Assembly: GCA_964304625.1 (NCBI GenBank)
Contig: OZ199839.1
Coordinates: 7,587,166-7,651,165, forward strand
Direction: 5' to 3'
Source of the DNA: Kudoa neothunni
Lineage: Eukaryota; Animalia; Cnidaria
DNA: 64,000 bases
Made by a program: the position numbers and the translations under genes. How positions within the stretch are numbered: position 1 is the first letter of the stretch; each line of letters begins with the position of its first letter. The notes beneath the pieces were generated by a model. That model had not been told where the DNA came from and did not search any database. It was given only the letters and a program-made list of their open reading frames with translations. Positions 59,338-64,000 of the stretch are shown piece by piece.

Positions 59338-61469
59338 TAAATGATGCTTGAGAAAATATATAGTGCATAACAAAATAAATTATCAAAAATACAATAATTA
59401 TTTCTCCCCTCCCCCCAAAGATTGAGGGTTCTGACAGATGAAACGATAGGTGTGCAAAATGACTGGAAATTTTGCTTATTTAAAAATAGAAATTAATTTT
59501 CATATCAAATAGGTTTTAATGGTTACATAGCTATGTTAGCGGAAGATAAGTGTTCATTGTAGATAAGAGATCAACTTCCCCTTAAATAATATTTTTAAAA
59601 AATTTTTAATTTCAAATAAATATTTTACATCGCAAAATTAAGTTATTTTTTCTATTTATAAATTTAGTATTTTTCTAATATGTTCTTTTTCGAGGCACTC
59701 CCAAATCAATTATTTATACATATAAAACCAAAGCTTGTATTATATCGAGTTAATAGAAATTAATATTTTTTCAATTGAATTAACAATAAAAAATGTCGAT
59801 TTCATGATATTTTTTGATGAAACAAATGCTTGTTGCGCAATTGCAGATTATTCTCAATTTTATAGAATTAGAATTAAATTATATTAATTTTTCATAGTGT
59901 TTGAATTAAATACATCGTTTATAATTAATTTTGAATTTTTAACGTTAAAATCTAAATGTAATAATAAAGTGTAAGTTGTATTTGGAGTCGAAGAAATTAA
60001 AGAAAAGAAAATTTCAAAAATAATTAATTGTTTATTTTAGAAAAAATAATGTTTTTAATTCAAATATTTCAAAAAAACGTATTTCATTTCATAATTAACA
60101 CTTAATAATTAATTTTTTCGTAAATAAATCAGCAATTCTTGATAAAGCAGCACTTTAATAATATCATTAAAATTTTCCCGTTTATAAGCTCACAATGTTA
60201 TTAATAAATATAATGAATTGATATTGGTATTGGTATTGGTATCGTTATCGTTATTAAAGGACAAACTTGAAGAATTATTAAAAAAAGCGTTAGGAGACCA
60301 ATTAAATTTTTTTTAATTTATATTTGCCTAAGATTTGAAATATATGAATAAAAATCATAACTATAATCAATAATTATCCTAGATGTCTTTATTTTCTAAT
60401 GAATAAATATACAGTTTCTTCTAAACGCCGATTGTTATCGACTTGATAGCATATTTTATGTATTTAAAGTTGCGCTATTTCACCTTATAAATTAGTTATT
60501 TAATGCATCGTTATTTTTTACATTGCATAAAAACTCGAAAATTTGCTAAATTTTTATGCAATAAAAATCATCTATCATACCACATAAAAATCATATATGG
60601 AACCTTCACGCTGATTATGTGTTGTTTACATGATGTTGAATCAGCCAATTTTCTCGTCGTTATTATACTCCAAATTTTATTGACACAATTTTAAATCACT
60701 TATAATGTGGGACCATTATATTTTAAAGTTAAAAACCAAATTTTTCGCCAATTATAAGTTAAAATAACTTAAATTGCTTTCTTGAAAACATTAGTATACT
60801 CAGCTCAAATATAATTTTAATAAATGCATTCAACTGAGCTAACTTTCTTATTATTTTAAATCAAACAGTTATGAATATTGAGACAATAAGACCATCCAAG
60901 AGATGACCTCCTAGCTTTGTTGGCGCGCATCCTTGATAGAATAGATAAATATGTCATTATATTTAAAATAGGAATGCTTTAATGTCTTATTTTTAATAAA
61001 AATGTAATTCAGAAGTAGAGATAACGTAATTCCACTCAACGACAAATCATCAAGTAAAGATCCCTCTTTATAAAGTCATTTATTTCATTAATAAACTAAT
61101 GAAAATCAAATACGTTAATTTAAATATTACAGCTTCTTAATTTTTCATTCAGTATAACCAAAAAATACTTCAACTTCTTATATATTTTTTTCCTCGCAAA
61201 TAGAAAATATTATAGACCTCAAATTTAAATAATTTATTTGCGTCGTTGGTTGTCGGTATAAATCGTACCTCATACAAATAACTCGTTGCATCGTCTTACT
61301 AACTGTTCGCAATAGATTTTTAAACAAATATAATAATCCAGCTTGTTGTTAATAACAAATAAGTCTGTTCGAATCATTAATCGATAAATACTCTCATCCA
61401 GATTCTTAATACCCTGATCTCATTGCCGCACCCAGTGACATTAAACAGGATTAATTCATATCCATCTTA

Positions 61470-62235
61470 ATGTCAATGCTGAACAACAATGACAGTTTGC
61501 TATCATTTGAACAGTTGGAACAGCTCGCATCGAATAAACTGAAATCCGGTAGCATAGTTGACGGCATGGAATTGGTTGAGGATAAACACTTGATATTGAG
61601 AATTCCACCGTTCCTAATCAACAACTACAATGAGTGTGTGAGGCAATTCTATCGAAGAGTTCTCAACAGATACAACTCTAAATATGGTGGAATCATTTTA
61701 GCAGTAGACCCAAACTTTAAAGTGTACGAAACATTCGGTCACAGCTTTCAAGATAATCACTGTATGTATATGAGAGCTTGGGTGAGGATGATGGTGTTTT
61801 GTCCTCACATTAACTCAGTGTACACTGTGAAAGTGTCTAGAGTGATTTATGTTCAAGGTGAGAATGTATTGAATATTCTACTTAGGTTTTGCCAAGAGAC
61901 ATTGTTGCTACATTATTTGGATTTATAGTGGTGACGATACCTGTAGATTGCAACAGTGTGACGATACAGAATATTTCGGTTGGCGATGAATTAAATGTTT
62001 CAATTAGTCATGTTTCAGTGGAGTTGGAAAATTTAAAATTAGAAGCTAACATAGTGGGAAGTCATTCGCATGCAGCCGTCAAGTACAACAATTTCCACAT
62101 TTCTATTATTTAAAAATTTTTTCAACTAGGACCGAAAATATGGAGAATCATCGATGTGGCAACGAATATAATCTTCTGGTCGATAATGAATACCGAAATC
62201 TGAATTCCGGAAGAAAACGAAAACAGTCAGACTAA
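61470..62235 (+). CDS. POLR1F: RNA polymerase I subunit RPA43-like (Rpb7 family); exons 61470-61841, 61886-62082, 62130-62235
   Basis: LRIPP..LNRYNSKYGGIILA, VFCP, LFGF..TIP and VGDEL (SHS2 + OB pattern); 44- and 47-nt GT..AG introns keep the frame to TAA at 62233-62235. Confidence 0.65.
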
Positions 62236-62908
62236 CTATTATAAACTTTTAGTGGTTTTTGTTTTTCTGTGTTAGTAAAGTCTTATTAAATGTTTGTTTT
62301 TCCACTCTCGTCTCTACAACCTACGATAGATGATGTGATGCGCATTAAACTTTTTACTTCGTGTATTTATAGATTTAAAATTACTAATCTTATAGCGCAG
62401 TTATAGGATTAAAGTTATTTTTATTTTATCGATTGTTTAAAAATAACATAATTATGTCCGACGAATGCAATATATATTAACTAACTTTAATTATTTCGTT
62501 CATTTTAGAGAACGCGGTTTATTTTTAAATTCGCAAACTTGTGAGTGTATGTTGTTTCCTTATGAATAGCTATTCCGTTAAATCCTTATTTTTCTTAAAT
62601 ATTAAAATATTGATGATTATTTTAAAAATAATCCTCTTTTAAATAAAATATTTTTACATTGTTAGAATATATAGAAACAAAATAGATTTTATCATTTTAA
62701 TTTGAGTAAATAGACTTTTATATAAACTCTAAAATTGAATTTTCCCGCGTAAATTTAATATGACCATGATCTTTTTTGAAAAAAATCCAATAAACAGAGA
62801 TTATTTAATTTTTATATTTTTATAGTATTGTTTTTCGCATAAATAGGAGTAAAGTATCTAAAAGATTTTTAATGGTGTACACATTTAAAAAAAGAGCTGA
62901 TTCCAATA

Positions 62909-63315
62909 AAGTACAACCTCGGACATCGATCATAATCCGTTTTAGAAATGTGTTAGAACCCCGAGGAAATTTTTCCTGTGCAAAATAATGTAACTAACTT
63001 TAATCCGTTACTGCGCATCAAATAAATGATAACTTTGATTCTAATTTATGAAAAAACATGCGTACCTCTTGTTTATAAAATGAAAATATAAAATATAATA
63101 ATAATAATAATAATAATAAAATATAGAATAAATAGTATTTGATTGAGCGACTGTTCTCCTAGAATTTCTTCTCTTCTCTGTTCTTTCTCTAACTGGATTT
63201 GTTCTGAACACCCTTTGTATATGTGTTCGAACTCAAAAGTGTTTCTGATTCCAAATTTTTGGTCAAACTCCGATTTGTACGAGCTCTGAAACGTTCAAAC
63301 CCCTGGGTTGCATTG
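62909..63315. mobile_element. Tigger/pogo-like MITE, degenerate
   Basis: TA-AAGTACAACCTC ... GGGTTGCATTG-TA imperfect termini. Confidence 0.4.
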
Positions 63316-64000
63316 TATTATTTTTTTGAACTATATTTAATTATTTATTTTGAAAATTATAATTTATTTTATATTTAAAGCTAGAATTTTTTGAGTTTTG
63401 TTTTTTTTGGTTTACAAGGTCAAACCCTTGAGCAACTTATTAGGTTGTAACGTTGGGGTAGGTTAGGCTTTCTCCATTTACGCTTTAGGCACCGCAGCGT
63501 CATATTGAGGCGACTTACGTTTATACGGTAGTGTGGGATTTTAACCCATTAAACATCCTCGTTTTGGAGCAATCACCACCCCAACCATACCCTGGACTAA
63601 CCCAGAATTAGTTTTGGAAAATCGTCTGAATGCGGGCATCGACTCTATGGAATCCCCTATTGAGTTTTATTTCGTTCCTGCATCCCGGCATTTATGGGCG
63701 CCCGAGGTCTACCCTTACCCCAGGCTCTCCTCCCGGTTGCAAGAAAGACCACAATAAATCGTAGATCGTTGCGATTATTACAACCTTCCTACTTAATTTC
63801 GGATTAGGAGTACAGGAACGCACGGCACGGACTAGGCTTCGATCTTACAACCTTATGGTATGCGATCTCCACCTAACACCACTATGCCAAATTGTCTAGG
63901 CTTTTTTTGAGCTTTGGAGCTAAACGAATTACTGCTGAATATAATTATCCATAAATTTAGGTTAATTCAGAATTAGCTATAAATCTTCCTTTTGAAATAT

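Overview
Eukaryotic, AT-rich genomic DNA with short (44-58 nt) spliceosomal introns; the host is probably a compact-intron animal, but this cannot be determined from the window. The first ~27.5 kb is a head-to-tail array of at least 7 single-ORF non-LTR retrotransposons encoding RT, a CCHC knuckle and a restriction-like endonuclease (NeSL/Utopia-like motifs), belonging to three divergent subtypes and their mosaics. Every intact junction starts with the exact 3' half of a Gln-like tRNA (position 37 to the discriminator, 36 nt), followed by a Pol III-type oligo-T trailer and a conserved 34-nt GT..CTAAY..AG intron-like element just before the ATG. Decay increases from left (identical, intact copies) to right (fragments). 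The best reading is a retrotransposon family that inserts into a tRNA anticodon loop, rebuilds the tRNA at its 5' end and so stacks up in chronological order; the predicted intact tRNA would lie upstream, outside this window. The remainder is AT-rich DNA with DNA-transposon relics (Merlin, hAT, Tc1/pogo), three recognisable host genes (RPS9, GLMP/NCU-G1-like, RPA43-like) and one probable unknown multi-exon gene.
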